Below the pieces are notes generated by a model. That model saw only the letters and a list, made by a program, of their open reading frames with translations. It was not told the origin of the DNA and searched no databases. The position numbers were made by a program, and so were the translations under genes. Positions 9,472-18,395 of a stretch of DNA of 64,000 bases are shown piece by piece (positions within the stretch are counted from its first letter, which is position 1; the number at the start of each line of letters is the position of its first letter). Source of the stretch: an uncultured Actinomycetes bacterium (GTDB taxonomy: Bacteria; Actinomycetota; Thermoleophilia; RBG-16-64-13); NCBI GenBank assembly GCA_963718375.1, contig CAVQZD010000004.1:258243-322242 (forward strand), written 5' to 3'.

Positions 9472-10455
9472 CTACTCTTCGGTGTCCTGGCCGGACTCGG
9501 ACTCGATGCAGCTCTCCGGGTCGACGATGGCGGAGCATTCGTCCTGGAAGTCGCATTCCTCGCACTCGGCGTCGTCTTCGGTGCCGTCACCGAAGCACTC
9601 GGGCTTGTCGTCTGCCGCGCGCGCCGCTGCCTTCTCGGCTTCTCCCTGCGAGCAGAGGTTCGTGGCCTCGCAGCTCCGGCAGTTGGCCTTCCAGTGCTCC
9701 CAGGTGCCGTAGCATGGCGGTGGGTTGTTGCCGGTCTGCTCCTTGTAGGCTTTCTTGGCGGCCTTGGCAGCGGCCTTCTGAGCCGCCTCCTGTTCCGCTT
9801 TCACCGGGCACTCCTGCATGTGGTAGCCCTTCTGACCACACTGCGGGCAGGCGCCCTCTGGGATGTCCGGGGGCTCGGGTAGTTCGTCCACCAGGATCAC
9901 CACGCCGTTGGCATACACACGCCGCGCGAGCGGTGCCTTGTTCTCGCGCTGGAAGACGTAGCCTTGGCCGTGACACTCCGGGCAGCCGCGGAGGGCGAAG
10001 AAGCCCTGGAGCGGGTACTTGGCGACGGTGTAGATGCCTGCGTCTTCTCCCACGCAGTCATCCTTGTTGACCAGGCACTCGCACTTCTGCGCGGAGCACT
10101 GGTGGAGCTTCGCCTCCTTCACGTCGATCGACTCGACCTTGATGAGTTTCAGCGCCAGCTTGGCGTTGCCCAGCTTGTACTTGGATTCATAGTTGCGGTC
10201 GTAGCTCGTCTCCCGGCTCACCGGCATGGTCATGTCGGCCACGAAGTACCGGGCGGTGATGACCAGCTCGCTGCCCTTCTGCAGCTTCTCGCCTCCCATG
10301 ACCTTCTCCAGCTCGGCCATGTCATACGTCGCAGAGCCCGACAGGCTCACGCCCACCGATAGATTGATGAAGCGCCCGAAGACTTCCGGGTCTAGCGTCG
10401 GTTGCACAGTCAGTTCTTTCGTCATGCTGGTACCCCTTGGTTGCTTGCTGGTCAC
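9472..10455 (-). CDS. Cys-rich (multi-CxxC) phage protein, putative Zn-binding DNA-binding / SSB-like
   Basis: 327 aa with 4-nt overlap to SbcC-like stop. The N-terminal ~120 aa is beta-rich (possible OB/SSB-like fold). The C-terminal half has at least five Cys pairs (CSAQKCEC, CPECHGQG, CPQCGQKGYHMQEC, CRSCEATNLC, CEECDFQDEC) and an acidic tail. Confidence 0.5.
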   Translation of the reverse strand: MTSKQPRGTSMTKELTVQPTLDPEVFGRFINLSVGVSLSGSATYDMAELEKVMGGEKLQKGSELVITARYFVADMTMPVSRETSYDRNYESKYKLGNAKLALKLIKVESIDVKEAKLHQCSAQKCECLVNKDDCVGEDAGIYTVAKYPLQGFFALRGCPECHGQGYVFQRENKAPLARRVYANGVVILVDELPEPPDIPEGACPQCGQKGYHMQECPVKAEQEAAQKAAAKAAKKAYKEQTGNNPPPCYGTWEHWKANCRSCEATNLCSQGEAEKAAARAADDKPECFGDGTEDDAECEECDFQDECSAIVDPESCIESESGQDTEE

Positions 10456-12563
10456 GCGCCCACCTCCACTCTGGATAGCCCGTCGTCGTCGCGGCTCACG
10501 CGGATCTGTGACGGCAGAGCGTCTTTGAGGTCGTCGTAATGAGTAAGGAGCATCGTGAGGCCGAAGTGGCTGCTCAGGTGCTCCAGGATCTGCGCCAGGT
10601 GCTGCCGGCCCTCTACGTCCAGGCCTTCGGGCTCATCCACGATCAGGGTCTCGACGCGGGCGCCGGAGCGGTGAGCGAGTAGGAGAGCTAGACCCAGCCT
10701 CATGGCGGAGGCGACGCGATACTTCTCCCCACCCGAGAACGTGTCGAACGGCCTCCAGGCGTTGCCGTGGTAGACCAGGATCTCCAGAGAGTCTCTGCTG
10801 CCATCCCGCGTCTCGCGCTCGCTCTCGAACCGCACCGCTAGCCCGCCGTCGTAGAGGGCCAGGAGCTCGTTCACCTCACGCTCCAGGGCTCCCAGGACGT
10901 TCTGGACTATCAGCGAGGGTATGCCCCACTTCGAGAACGCCTTACGGAGCAGGTCTGCGTCGGCCTGGGCTTCCTCGAGGCCGCGCGTCTCACTTGTGAG
11001 CTCGCGCAGGCGCTCCGCACTCTTGGCCAGCATGGCTATCGCCTCCTCGTGGCGGGCGATTGCCTTCTCTAACTCGGTCACTTCGGCGCGCTTTGCACTC
11101 ACCAGTGACTGGAGCCGGGCCTCTTCGGCTTGAGCCGCGGGCGCCGCCGATAAGTCCATGACGCCGCGAGCTATCAGATCGTCAAGCTCACGCTGTACCT
11201 CAGACTTACGGTCCTCTGCCGCCTCGATCGTGGCGATCCGCGCAGGTATCGCGTCCAGGAGCGAGAGGTTGCTCTTAGCTGTCTGCAGATCTGCGGAGAC
11301 ATTTCGCGGCGCCGGCATGTCAGCGAGCTGCTGCTCCAGGGCCTTGGCCGCCTCCTGCTGTTCTGCATATCGCGCCCTTAGCTCTTCGGCTTCCCCGCTC
11401 ACTGCGGTGCGGCGGTTGATGGCTGTTTCGAGCTCTGCGCTGAGCTGCGCCGTGGTCTGCTCCAGAGACGCGCCGCCGATGGCCTGGCCGCAGCGATCGC
11501 AGACCGGGGCCTCGATGCTCTTGATGGCTTCCAGCCGCTCTTCCAGGCTGCGTATCTGATCGGTGAGTCTCGTTACCTCTTGGGCCTTGGGCGTGCCGGC
11601 GTTCGTCGTCTCGAGCATCGCAGCCTTGGCTAGTCTGAGGTCAGCTTCCACCGCCGCGCGGGCCTGAGCCGTTCCCGCCGCCTCGCGCTCCTCTATCTCC
11701 AAAGCGCCGATCCGCAGGAGCACCGCGTCGCGTTCAGCGAGTTGGGCTTCCAGGTCGGTCTTGCTGGAGATCTGCGCGCCCAGGCGGTTCAGTTCTTCGG
11801 TCAGTTTGGCGGCCTGCCCTAGCAGCCGGTCGTTCTCCCGTGCCTTCTCTGCTGCTGCGCGGGCGGCTTCCAGGTTGTCTTCGGCCTCCTTGAGGTGGCT
11901 GCTGGTGATCTCCAGGCTGGTCTTGCGTGACGCTAGCTCTGTCTGCCGCACATCCATCTGTGCCGCGTCCGCCTCCAGCCGTGCGATCTCGCGCCGGCTA
12001 TCCTCCAGCTCAGACTTGGCCGACTCCACCTGTGCCTTCCAGTGACGCTCCAGCGGGCCGTACTGCTCATCGAGTCGCAGGATGGACCCGAAGGCCTCCA
12101 GACGCTTGGCGGGCTGCAGGTTGAAGAACGAGTCGGCGTCCCCCTGACCCACGATGCTGGTGCGGAGGAGCGTCTCTTCGTCGACGCCCAGGATGGCCTC
12201 TATGCGCTCGTCTATCTCCTTGGAGCCGGTTCCCTCGGCGACCCACACGCCCGCCTCATCTCGGCAGAGCTCCACAGTGGTCTTGCCTGAGTTCCTGGAA
12301 GAGCGGGTGCGGGTCACGCGGAAGCGCTCCCCGGCCATGGCGAACACCACCGAGACGCGGCACTCTTCGCAGCCCTCGCGGATGAAGCTGTCTAGGTTGC
12401 GCAGGGTCCGGCCGCCGTAGAGAGCAAAGATCGCGGCCTCCGGGATGCTCGACTTGCCCGCGCCGTTGGTGCCGACGATGGAGGCCAGGCTGATGCCCGC
12501 GAGGTCTATCTCGGCGTCGGCGTAACTCTTGAAGTCCTTAAGGCTGAGAGTCAGGAGCCTCAT
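10452..12563 (-). CDS. Rad50/SbcC-like ATPase (phage type)
   Basis: 703 aa. N-terminal Walker A (GTNGAGKSS), long coiled-coil with a central zinc hook (PVCDRCGQ), C-terminal signature and Walker B (FSGGEKYRVA...LIVDEPEGLD). Confidence 0.8.
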   Translation of the reverse strand: MRLLTLSLKDFKSYADAEIDLAGISLASIVGTNGAGKSSIPEAAIFALYGGRTLRNLDSFIREGCEECRVSVVFAMAGERFRVTRTRSSRNSGKTTVELCRDEAGVWVAEGTGSKEIDERIEAILGVDEETLLRTSIVGQGDADSFFNLQPAKRLEAFGSILRLDEQYGPLERHWKAQVESAKSELEDSRREIARLEADAAQMDVRQTELASRKTSLEITSSHLKEAEDNLEAARAAAEKARENDRLLGQAAKLTEELNRLGAQISSKTDLEAQLAERDAVLLRIGALEIEEREAAGTAQARAAVEADLRLAKAAMLETTNAGTPKAQEVTRLTDQIRSLEERLEAIKSIEAPVCDRCGQAIGGASLEQTTAQLSAELETAINRRTAVSGEAEELRARYAEQQEAAKALEQQLADMPAPRNVSADLQTAKSNLSLLDAIPARIATIEAAEDRKSEVQRELDDLIARGVMDLSAAPAAQAEEARLQSLVSAKRAEVTELEKAIARHEEAIAMLAKSAERLRELTSETRGLEEAQADADLLRKAFSKWGIPSLIVQNVLGALEREVNELLALYDGGLAVRFESERETRDGSRDSLEILVYHGNAWRPFDTFSGGEKYRVASAMRLGLALLLAHRSGARVETLIVDEPEGLDVEGRQHLAQILEHLSSHFGLTMLLTHYDDLKDALPSQIRVSRDDDGLSRVEVGA

Positions 12564-13789
12564 AGTGTCGCCTCCAGTGATTCGCCCACCTTCTGGTCAA
12601 GGCGCGCGCGCTGGGCTCCTGAGAGCCCCCGCAGGTCCGCCCATGAGTGCCAGCCGGTCTGGACGTCGGTGTCTTCGGTGATGCCGTCAGCCGAATCGGT
12701 GACGGTGTGGGTGATCTTCGCGAAAGGCCCGTGTACTTTGACCGCTCCGGCCGCCATGAGCGCGCGCCGGATGGCTGTGTGGTCTACGGTCTTCGCGACT
12801 TCCGGGGTGGCGGTGTAGGTGACGCGGACTATGGCGTCCATGATCATGATCTCGGGGTATTGACAGAGCCCCCCTTCCCCGTCGGCTGGGTTCTCCAGGT
12901 CGATGTCCACGAATGGCTGCGGCTCTGAGCTGTGCCAGGTGATCGGGCTGCCGTCGGTGACAGGTAGCTCGACCTCCCACCAGCCCTTGCCCTCATCTGC
13001 CTCTGCAAAGTCGCAGCGCTCGATCGACCCGCTGTAGCGGATATGCGGTGCGAGCTGCTGAGCTTTATGAAGGTGACCCCATGCCTGGTAGGCGAACGGC
13101 AGCCCTTTGAGTTCAGAGGCGGGCAGCACAGGCTCGCGCAAGAACATCGTGGATTGCTCCGCCCCGATGGTGGAGCCGGTGATGGCGGCGTGACCCACAA
13201 GCACTGAGCCGAACGCGCCGGCGCCCTGCTCTGCCTCTGCCGCGAGTCCCCGCAGGGTCGCGAGCGAGAGCTCCACGATCTTGGCGTTCTGCTCATCCAG
13301 GGTCAGCTTCTCGAACTCAGGGTCTTGCGCGCTCACGTAGGCGCGGCTCGGGTAAGGAAAGCAGGCGATCGGGAGTTCGGGGATGCCGGGGGCAAAGACG
13401 ATGCACGGCCTGTCGGCCACGATGACGTTCTCGTATTCGTCGAAGACCGCCAGGGCGTGCGTACGGCCCACCTGGCGGGGCTGGTCATGGTTACCGGTGA
13501 TCATCACCATGGGGACGCCGGCGCCCTGCAGAATGTCCAGGCCCCAGCGGAACGCCGCGATCTCCGTGGGTGTCGGCTTAGCATCACGGAAGGCGTCCCC
13601 GGCGAAGAGCACCAGGTCTACCTTGGCGGCCACCATGCCGTTGCAGCTGCGCACCCACGCCTCGCGGAAGTCGACCAGGCGGGAGTTGACCCCGCCCTTG
13701 TCTTCGTCGCCATGGGCGTAGCTCGCGCCGAGATGCAGGTCAGCGCAGTGAGCGATGCGCAGGCTAGAACGTAACGTCTGAGAGGTCAT
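12560..13789 (-). CDS. Mre11/SbcD-like nuclease (calcineurin-like phosphoesterase)
   Basis: 409 aa. Metallophosphoesterase motifs HCADLHLG, GDAFRD, GNHD, GHLH; 4-nt overlap with the SbcC-like start. Confidence 0.8.
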   Translation of the reverse strand: MTSQTLRSSLRIAHCADLHLGASYAHGDEDKGGVNSRLVDFREAWVRSCNGMVAAKVDLVLFAGDAFRDAKPTPTEIAAFRWGLDILQGAGVPMVMITGNHDQPRQVGRTHALAVFDEYENVIVADRPCIVFAPGIPELPIACFPYPSRAYVSAQDPEFEKLTLDEQNAKIVELSLATLRGLAAEAEQGAGAFGSVLVGHAAITGSTIGAEQSTMFLREPVLPASELKGLPFAYQAWGHLHKAQQLAPHIRYSGSIERCDFAEADEGKGWWEVELPVTDGSPITWHSSEPQPFVDIDLENPADGEGGLCQYPEIMIMDAIVRVTYTATPEVAKTVDHTAIRRALMAAGAVKVHGPFAKITHTVTDSADGITEDTDVQTGWHSWADLRGLSGAQRARLDQKVGESLEATL

Positions 13790-14867
13790 CGCTCGCCGCC
13801 TCCTCTCCGTGCCAGTAGCGGAGCCAGGCCTCCACGTCGGGCCCCAGCTTGGTGGTGCTCAGGAGCTTCTCCCTCGCGTACTCTGGGTGAGTGCGGCAGA
13901 CCTCCGAGAGAAGCATGCCCGTCATGGGGCCGCGCGGGATCTGTAGGTCGGTCGCGGGGCGCGGTCCGTTGGTCTCGGGCTCCACCTCTACGATCTCCCC
14001 GGTCTCCATGTCCACCGTCTCGGCCTCATCTGCGGGGACCTCGATGGTGAGCTGCCCCGGCTGCGGCGTGGGCCCGAACAGCGCTTGCTGCGCCTGCTGC
14101 CCCTGGCCCATGAGAGCACCCAGCACGGCCGGGTCGGACGTGTCTGGGGTGTAGACCAGACTCATGACCAGGAAGGGCTTGCGGGCCTCTTCGGGTGTGT
14201 ATTTTTGCTTGACGGTGAGTGCTTGCCGATAGGCCGCCAGGCGGGCCTTGGTCTCGGTCATGCGGATGCGGAACTTGTGCACCCGTCCCCACCAGTTCTT
14301 GGCCCACCACTCGTTGTAGGCGCTGTCGCTCTTCTGCGCCCATGCCGGTGGTGAGCTTTTGAGCAGCGCCGTCTCGGCTTCTTCCACCCACTCCTGGCTC
14401 CCGAGCAGCTCACGATAGGTCCAGCCGTCGGGGTTGCGGACCTTGGCGTGCCACGTGATGCGCACGTTCTCCCCGCGAGCGCCGAAGTAGACGATGTCCG
14501 GGCCGATGTCCGCGATGCCGGCCTTCTGCCCGATCTGGTCCAGGGCCTTCTTGGTGAGGGCGACCATCTTGACCCGCTTGTTCTCCCCGGAGCCCTCCGT
14601 CTCGATCGGGTAGAAGTCCCCGCCGTTCATCGGGTCGGGGTTGAGTTTCACCAGAGACAGGCTCGGGGTGAAGTTCCGGTCGGCCTTGGCCAGAGTTGCC
14701 GCGGGTGCGAGTACGTTGTACTGCTCCTGCAGCTTGTCGCTCGTGAGGTCCACGAGCAAGACCCCGGTCGGTGAATACTGCACCACCCCTGCTGGCAGTT
14801 GGCCCGCTATGGCCATGAGCGCCTGTTCCTGCGGGCTGGCCTTCTCTAGTGCTTGGCTCGGTGTCAT
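13764..14867 (-). CDS. Phage recombination-associated protein (possible single-strand annealing protein; family unassigned)
   Basis: 367 aa, immediately upstream of and overlapping the SbcD-like gene. Trp-rich central region and acidic C-terminal tail. No motif recognised by eye. Confidence 0.4.
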   Translation of the reverse strand: MTPSQALEKASPQEQALMAIAGQLPAGVVQYSPTGVLLVDLTSDKLQEQYNVLAPAATLAKADRNFTPSLSLVKLNPDPMNGGDFYPIETEGSGENKRVKMVALTKKALDQIGQKAGIADIGPDIVYFGARGENVRITWHAKVRNPDGWTYRELLGSQEWVEEAETALLKSSPPAWAQKSDSAYNEWWAKNWWGRVHKFRIRMTETKARLAAYRQALTVKQKYTPEEARKPFLVMSLVYTPDTSDPAVLGALMGQGQQAQQALFGPTPQPGQLTIEVPADEAETVDMETGEIVEVEPETNGPRPATDLQIPRGPMTGMLLSEVCRTHPEYAREKLLSTTKLGPDVEAWLRYWHGEEAASDDLSDVTF

Positions 14868-14872
14868 CTTTC

Positions 14873-15199
14873 CTACCCCTTTACGCTGTGTTGCCTAGAT
14901 TGCTGGAGCTGGCCGCGAAGACTCGCGAGCAGCTCGAAGACGGGACCCACCATGCGCCGGACGTCTTGCATGCCGTCGCACTGCTCGGTATTCATGCGGT
15001 GCTCGACCTTGGTGCGCGTCAGCAGCGAGCGCACGTATGGCTCGTCTCCGTCGTCCACGCGCCCGTCTGAAAAGATGCTGCAGAAGACCTCCAGCATGTC
15101 TGTGGTGTTATCCACCTGAGCGTCTGCCGAGCAGTCGAGGTCGAACACCAAGTCGTCAAGCTCAGCCTGTGCGTGAGGTATAGGGCCGCGTGGGTTCAT
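14873..15199 (-). CDS. Small acidic phage protein
   Basis: 108 aa ORF within the operon. Confidence 0.3.
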   Translation of the reverse strand: MNPRGPIPHAQAELDDLVFDLDCSADAQVDNTTDMLEVFCSIFSDGRVDDGDEPYVRSLLTRTKVEHRMNTEQCDGMQDVRRMVGPVFELLASLRGQLQQSRQHSVKG

Positions 15200-15201
15200 G
15201 G

Positions 15202-15513
15202 CTATGCCACCCGGCCGCAGTGGGCCAGCGCATCGATGGAGTCCAAGTAGGCGCGCTCTGCCTCTGCCACCTGCTCCCTAGCCGCGTCCAAGTCACCCTT
15301 GCGGAGGCGTATCTGCTCCATTGCCTCGTCGAAGTCCAGGGGGGCCGGAGCGTGACGGGTCGCCAGTGAGAGCAGGAAATCGTCAACGTCTGCCCCCCCG
15401 CCCGGGGGCAGGGTGTGTCTGTAGGGTGCCGGGGCCACCGCTAGGCGGGTGGCCATGACCGCCAGGGCGGTCCCCGGGGCTGGCCTCTTCTCTTCTGGCT
15501 TGTTACTGGTCAT
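15202..15513 (-). CDS. Small phage protein
   Basis: 103 aa; 3-nt spacing to both neighbours. Confidence 0.3.
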   Translation of the reverse strand: MTSNKPEEKRPAPGTALAVMATRLAVAPAPYRHTLPPGGGADVDDFLLSLATRHAPAPLDFDEAMEQIRLRKGDLDAAREQVAEAERAYLDSIDALAHCGRVA

Positions 15514-15515
15514 GC

Positions 15516-15803
15516 TTACTTGCTCCCTTCGTTTGTGGACGCTTTGACCGGGGCTGGCGCCGGCATGCCCTGGCCGCTGTACGACTTGCGATACCTCCGC
15601 CCTGTGCTCGTGACGAACTCGGCGACGAGGACCGCGGGCGTACCGGGGACCGCCTGCCTGGCGGGTTTGTCGTGGCAGACCTTCACCACCACCAGAGAAT
15701 CAGCGACCGCGCGGTGTAGTGCCTCGCACTCCAGCGCCTTCTCAGCGATGCCGTAGTAGCTGGTCCCGCACTCTTCGCAGGAGTAGGTGACCTCCGTTCT
15801 CAC
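15516..15803 (-). CDS. Zinc-ribbon phage protein
   Basis: 95 aa; CEECG...C...C pattern. Confidence 0.35.
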   Translation of the reverse strand: MRTEVTYSCEECGTSYYGIAEKALECEALHRAVADSLVVVKVCHDKPARQAVPGTPAVLVAEFVTSTGRRYRKSYSGQGMPAPAPVKASTNEGSK

Positions 15804-15807
15804 AGTC

Positions 15808-16350
15808 TCACCCCCTCACGGTCGGTTCTCTATTCACGGTGATGCGGATCCCGGCGGGGGCCTCTTCGGGCTGCCACACCTTCGCGCGCACCATCTGGCC
15901 TATCTTCTTTTCGTCCGGGCAGCACAGGTCCCGGGGGACGTCCTTGGGCGCGGTGATCTCGAAGCTCCAGCGCTCAACGAAGGTCACGGTGGCGCCGTTG
16001 TCAGTCGTTACCGTCTTGGCCGGCGCCTGGACGTCCCGCCGGTACGTGCTGCTCTTGGTGACGATGATGCCGTCGGCCTCCTTCAGGGGCGCGACGTTAT
16101 CAGCGAAGAAGCGGTTTATGTCCTTCACGTGGTCGTTCAGCGGGTCCACGAACCGCCGCCGAAGGGCGTCGACCGCCTTGATCTCTCCCCGGCACTGGCT
16201 CAGCATGGCCAGGGCTCGGTTTAGGCTCGCCTCGTCACAGATCGTGAGGGCCTGGGCCTGCTGAACTATCGCCGCGGCTGCCTGCTGCCGCTGGGCCACT
16301 TCGCCGTCTGCCACGACCTCGGCTAGTGCCCGTCCTTCTACTTCCGCCAT
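15808..16350 (-). CDS. Phage hypothetical protein (early operon; possible recombination accessory)
   Basis: 180 aa, directly downstream of the PD-(D/E)XK exonuclease. Confidence 0.35.
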   Translation of the reverse strand: MAEVEGRALAEVVADGEVAQRQQAAAAIVQQAQALTICDEASLNRALAMLSQCRGEIKAVDALRRRFVDPLNDHVKDINRFFADNVAPLKEADGIIVTKSSTYRRDVQAPAKTVTTDNGATVTFVERWSFEITAPKDVPRDLCCPDEKKIGQMVRAKVWQPEEAPAGIRITVNREPTVRG

Positions 16351-16354
16351 GTGA

Positions 16355-16870
16355 TCATCCCCCTTGCTTGAGTATCCGATACAGTCCGAGACAATAGGTG
16401 AATCCCCGGAAGTCCTCTTCGTGCCGTGTGAACGTGTGCGCCGTCACCTCCCCTGGCTGGTCTTTACTGAACAGCAGCACCTTCCGGTTGGCCGCCTTGT
16501 CCCCGTAAGTGTCCACGGCCGCCCTTCGATAGGCGGCGGTCTGGAAGCGGTGCTCCGGGTAGACCCCGGCTGTGGTCTTCCAGTCGATAAGCGTCGGTAG
16601 CTTCTGCCCGATCAGGCGGCAGTAGAGGTCGGGGGTGCCCGCGTAGCCGTAGGCTGGGCACGTCACCGGCCGTTCGATCGCGTAGGCCTCTTCGACGTTG
16701 GCGTCTATCCACCGCCGCCCCGCCTCGATCGTGGCCACCCACTCTTCCGGCATACTCACCGGGAGCAAGCTGCGGCCCGATACGTGGGCCTCGAGGCCGG
16801 CGTGGATGCTGCTGCCGAAGGCGGCGGCCTCATCCCTGATTTGGTCGGCCCTGGTCCCCATGCGCTTCAT
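16355..16870 (-). CDS. PD-(D/E)XK family nuclease (RecB/Cas4-like phage exonuclease, no Fe-S cysteines)
   Basis: 171 aa; motifs GTPDL...LIDWKT...QTAAY consistent with the D-(D/E)xK-QxxxY core of RecB-family nucleases. Confidence 0.55.
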   Translation of the reverse strand: MKRMGTRADQIRDEAAAFGSSIHAGLEAHVSGRSLLPVSMPEEWVATIEAGRRWIDANVEEAYAIERPVTCPAYGYAGTPDLYCRLIGQKLPTLIDWKTTAGVYPEHRFQTAAYRRAAVDTYGDKAANRKVLLFSKDQPGEVTAHTFTRHEEDFRGFTYCLGLYRILKQGG

Positions 16871-17050
16871 CCAGTCTTCCAGCGCGGACCCCTCCGACTG
16901 ACCCGCCGGAGCGCGACCAGGTAGAGGGTGAGGAATGCAGCGATGTAGCCAGCTAGGAATGTGAGGAAGTAGCTCACGTCCGCCTCCACATGCCCACGAC
17001 CAGAGCCGTGAGGTAGAAGGCGACCAAGGCGGCGACGGCGATGTGGGCGG

Positions 17051-17386
17051 TCATGCCACTTGCTCCACATCGAAGAGCGTGCCCGTGTAGTCGAGGCCCG
17101 GTAGCATCCGGGTGGCGACCCGGATGGAATGCTCAAGCTCACGCGCCCTGGAAGTCTGAATAGCTATCCACTCACGCCACACGTCGGGATCGTCGGTTAT
17201 CCAGACGCCGCCCCTAGTGGGGAAGGCGACGATGAAGTGCCCGTAGTCCTCGCGCAGGGTCTTGACCATCTCGCGCAGCTCATGGTCGTCAGTCACCCCG
17301 ATGCGCGCGCCCAGCTTCTTCATGGTCGTGCCCGTCGCCTTCGAGCGCGGGATCACGGACAGGAGTAGGCGGAGGGTGGCGTCCAT
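17051..17386 (-). CDS. Phage hypothetical protein (possible HTH)
   Basis: 111 aa, first ORF downstream of cro. Partly overlaps a 91-aa hydrophobic ORF (16867..17142), so the boundary is uncertain. Confidence 0.3.
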   Translation of the reverse strand: MDATLRLLLSVIPRSKATGTTMKKLGARIGVTDDHELREMVKTLREDYGHFIVAFPTRGGVWITDDPDVWREWIAIQTSRARELEHSIRVATRMLPGLDYTGTLFDVEQVA

Positions 17387-17570
17387 CAGTTCGCTCGCCC
17401 TCTCGCCCCGGCCTCACGGGGGGGTGTGAGACCGGGGGTCAAGGACAGTGGGAAAGGAGGACCACTGCTGACACGTCCCGGGGGGACGCGAGAGCCAAGT
17501 TGGGAGGCGGCCACACGTGGGGCCACCTTGCAGTAGAAGGCCGCGAGGGCCTGGTAGGCGTTGGGGGTGG

Positions 17571-17759
17571 TCACGCGGCAGGCACCAACTCGGAGATCTC
17601 CACGTCGAGCGCCTTGGCGTAGGCGGCGGCCTGGACGAGGGTGATCGCGCTTTCGCCGTTGGCGTGGCGGTAGACGGTGCGCTCGGGCACATGGGCAGCT
17701 TTGGCAAGCTGCCTGACGTTCGTCTGCTTCTCTTCTATCAGTTCGGCCAGTCGGGTCAT
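17571..17759 (-). CDS. Cro-like HTH (XRE-family) transcriptional regulator
   Basis: Start MTRLAELIEEKQTNVRQLAKAAHVPERTVYRHANGE at 17759; classic HTH_3; divergent from the cI-like gene. Confidence 0.6.
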   Translation of the reverse strand: MTRLAELIEEKQTNVRQLAKAAHVPERTVYRHANGESAITLVQAAAYAKALDVEISELVPAA

Positions 17760-17773
17760 GTCGCTCCTTGTAC

Positions 17774-17846
17774 TTGCCAACGTTGGCAACTGTTCCCAGT
17801 ATACGCACCTTGCCAATGTTGTCAATAGTTAAATGCCGACGTTGGC
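17774..17846. promoter_or_regulatory. Lysogeny-switch operator region: three related palindromic sites
   Basis: Perfect 16-bp palindrome TTGCCAACGTTGGCAA (17774-17789), TTGCCAATGTTGTCAA (17810-17825) and GCCGACGTTGGC (17835-17846), all in the cro/cI divergent intergenic region. Confidence 0.45.
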
Positions 17847-17861
17847 TAGACTGGGCTTACA

Positions 17862-18215
17862 ATGGACAGACGCACCATGAAGCCTCTGGCAACAGCACTG
17901 TCCGAATTGCTCAGGGAGCGGGAGATGAGCCAGGCCGAACTCTGGGCGCTGGCTGGCCTGAGTCCGACCGTGGTGAGCCGCTACCTAAGCGGAGAGCGCG
18001 GCAGGAAGATGGACTGGAGATCGGCCGATACCATTGAGAGGCTGGCGGGTGCGTTAGATGTCGGCCCCGACTACTTCATCGAGTACCGCATGTGGCAGGT
18101 CTCCCAGGCGGCGAAGCTCTACCCCCTGATCACCAACGAGGTCTACGACGTGCTCATGGGCTACGTCTCCAGAGAGCCGGGCGGCCTGAGCAGCCTACGG
18201 AGCAAGGGTAAGTGA
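17862..18215 (+). CDS. cI-like HTH (XRE-family) repressor
   Basis: 117 aa; HTH_3 (SQAELWALAGLSPTVVSRYLSGER). On the same strand as the lipoprotein and integrase (lysogenic transcription unit). Confidence 0.6.
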   Translation: MDRRTMKPLATALSELLREREMSQAELWALAGLSPTVVSRYLSGERGRKMDWRSADTIERLAGALDVGPDYFIEYRMWQVSQAAKLYPLITNEVYDVLMGYVSREPGGLSSLRSKGK

Positions 18216-18395
18216 GCCCCCAGCGCGGCCCTGTCACCAGCCTGGGCAAAACGTCGGGCCGCGCGAAGCGACCAGATGGCGAGATGAACGAAGAACCGAG
18301 ACACCTTCCCCCCTTGCGTAGTAGCGGAGTGCTCATGCTATCGTCAGGGTCGGACGGGAACGATAAGACCAAAGACTGAGGCTAGGGAGGGAATC

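Noticed and set aside
10452-13789. Rad50/Mre11-like pair considered as a host defence system (Lamassu/Wadjet-like SMC systems)
   Set aside because: They are embedded in the prophage early operon with an exonuclease, VRR-NUC and replication genes, and are translationally coupled to phage genes. There are no kleisin/JetA/JetB/LmuA-type partners, so a phage recombination role is more parsimonious, though not proven.
16867-17142. 91-aa hydrophobic ORF as a possible holin-like or membrane protein in the early operon
   Set aside because: It overlaps 17051..17386 by 92 nt and its N-terminal half is Arg/Ser-rich. It cannot be distinguished from noise without expression data, so it is not listed as a feature.
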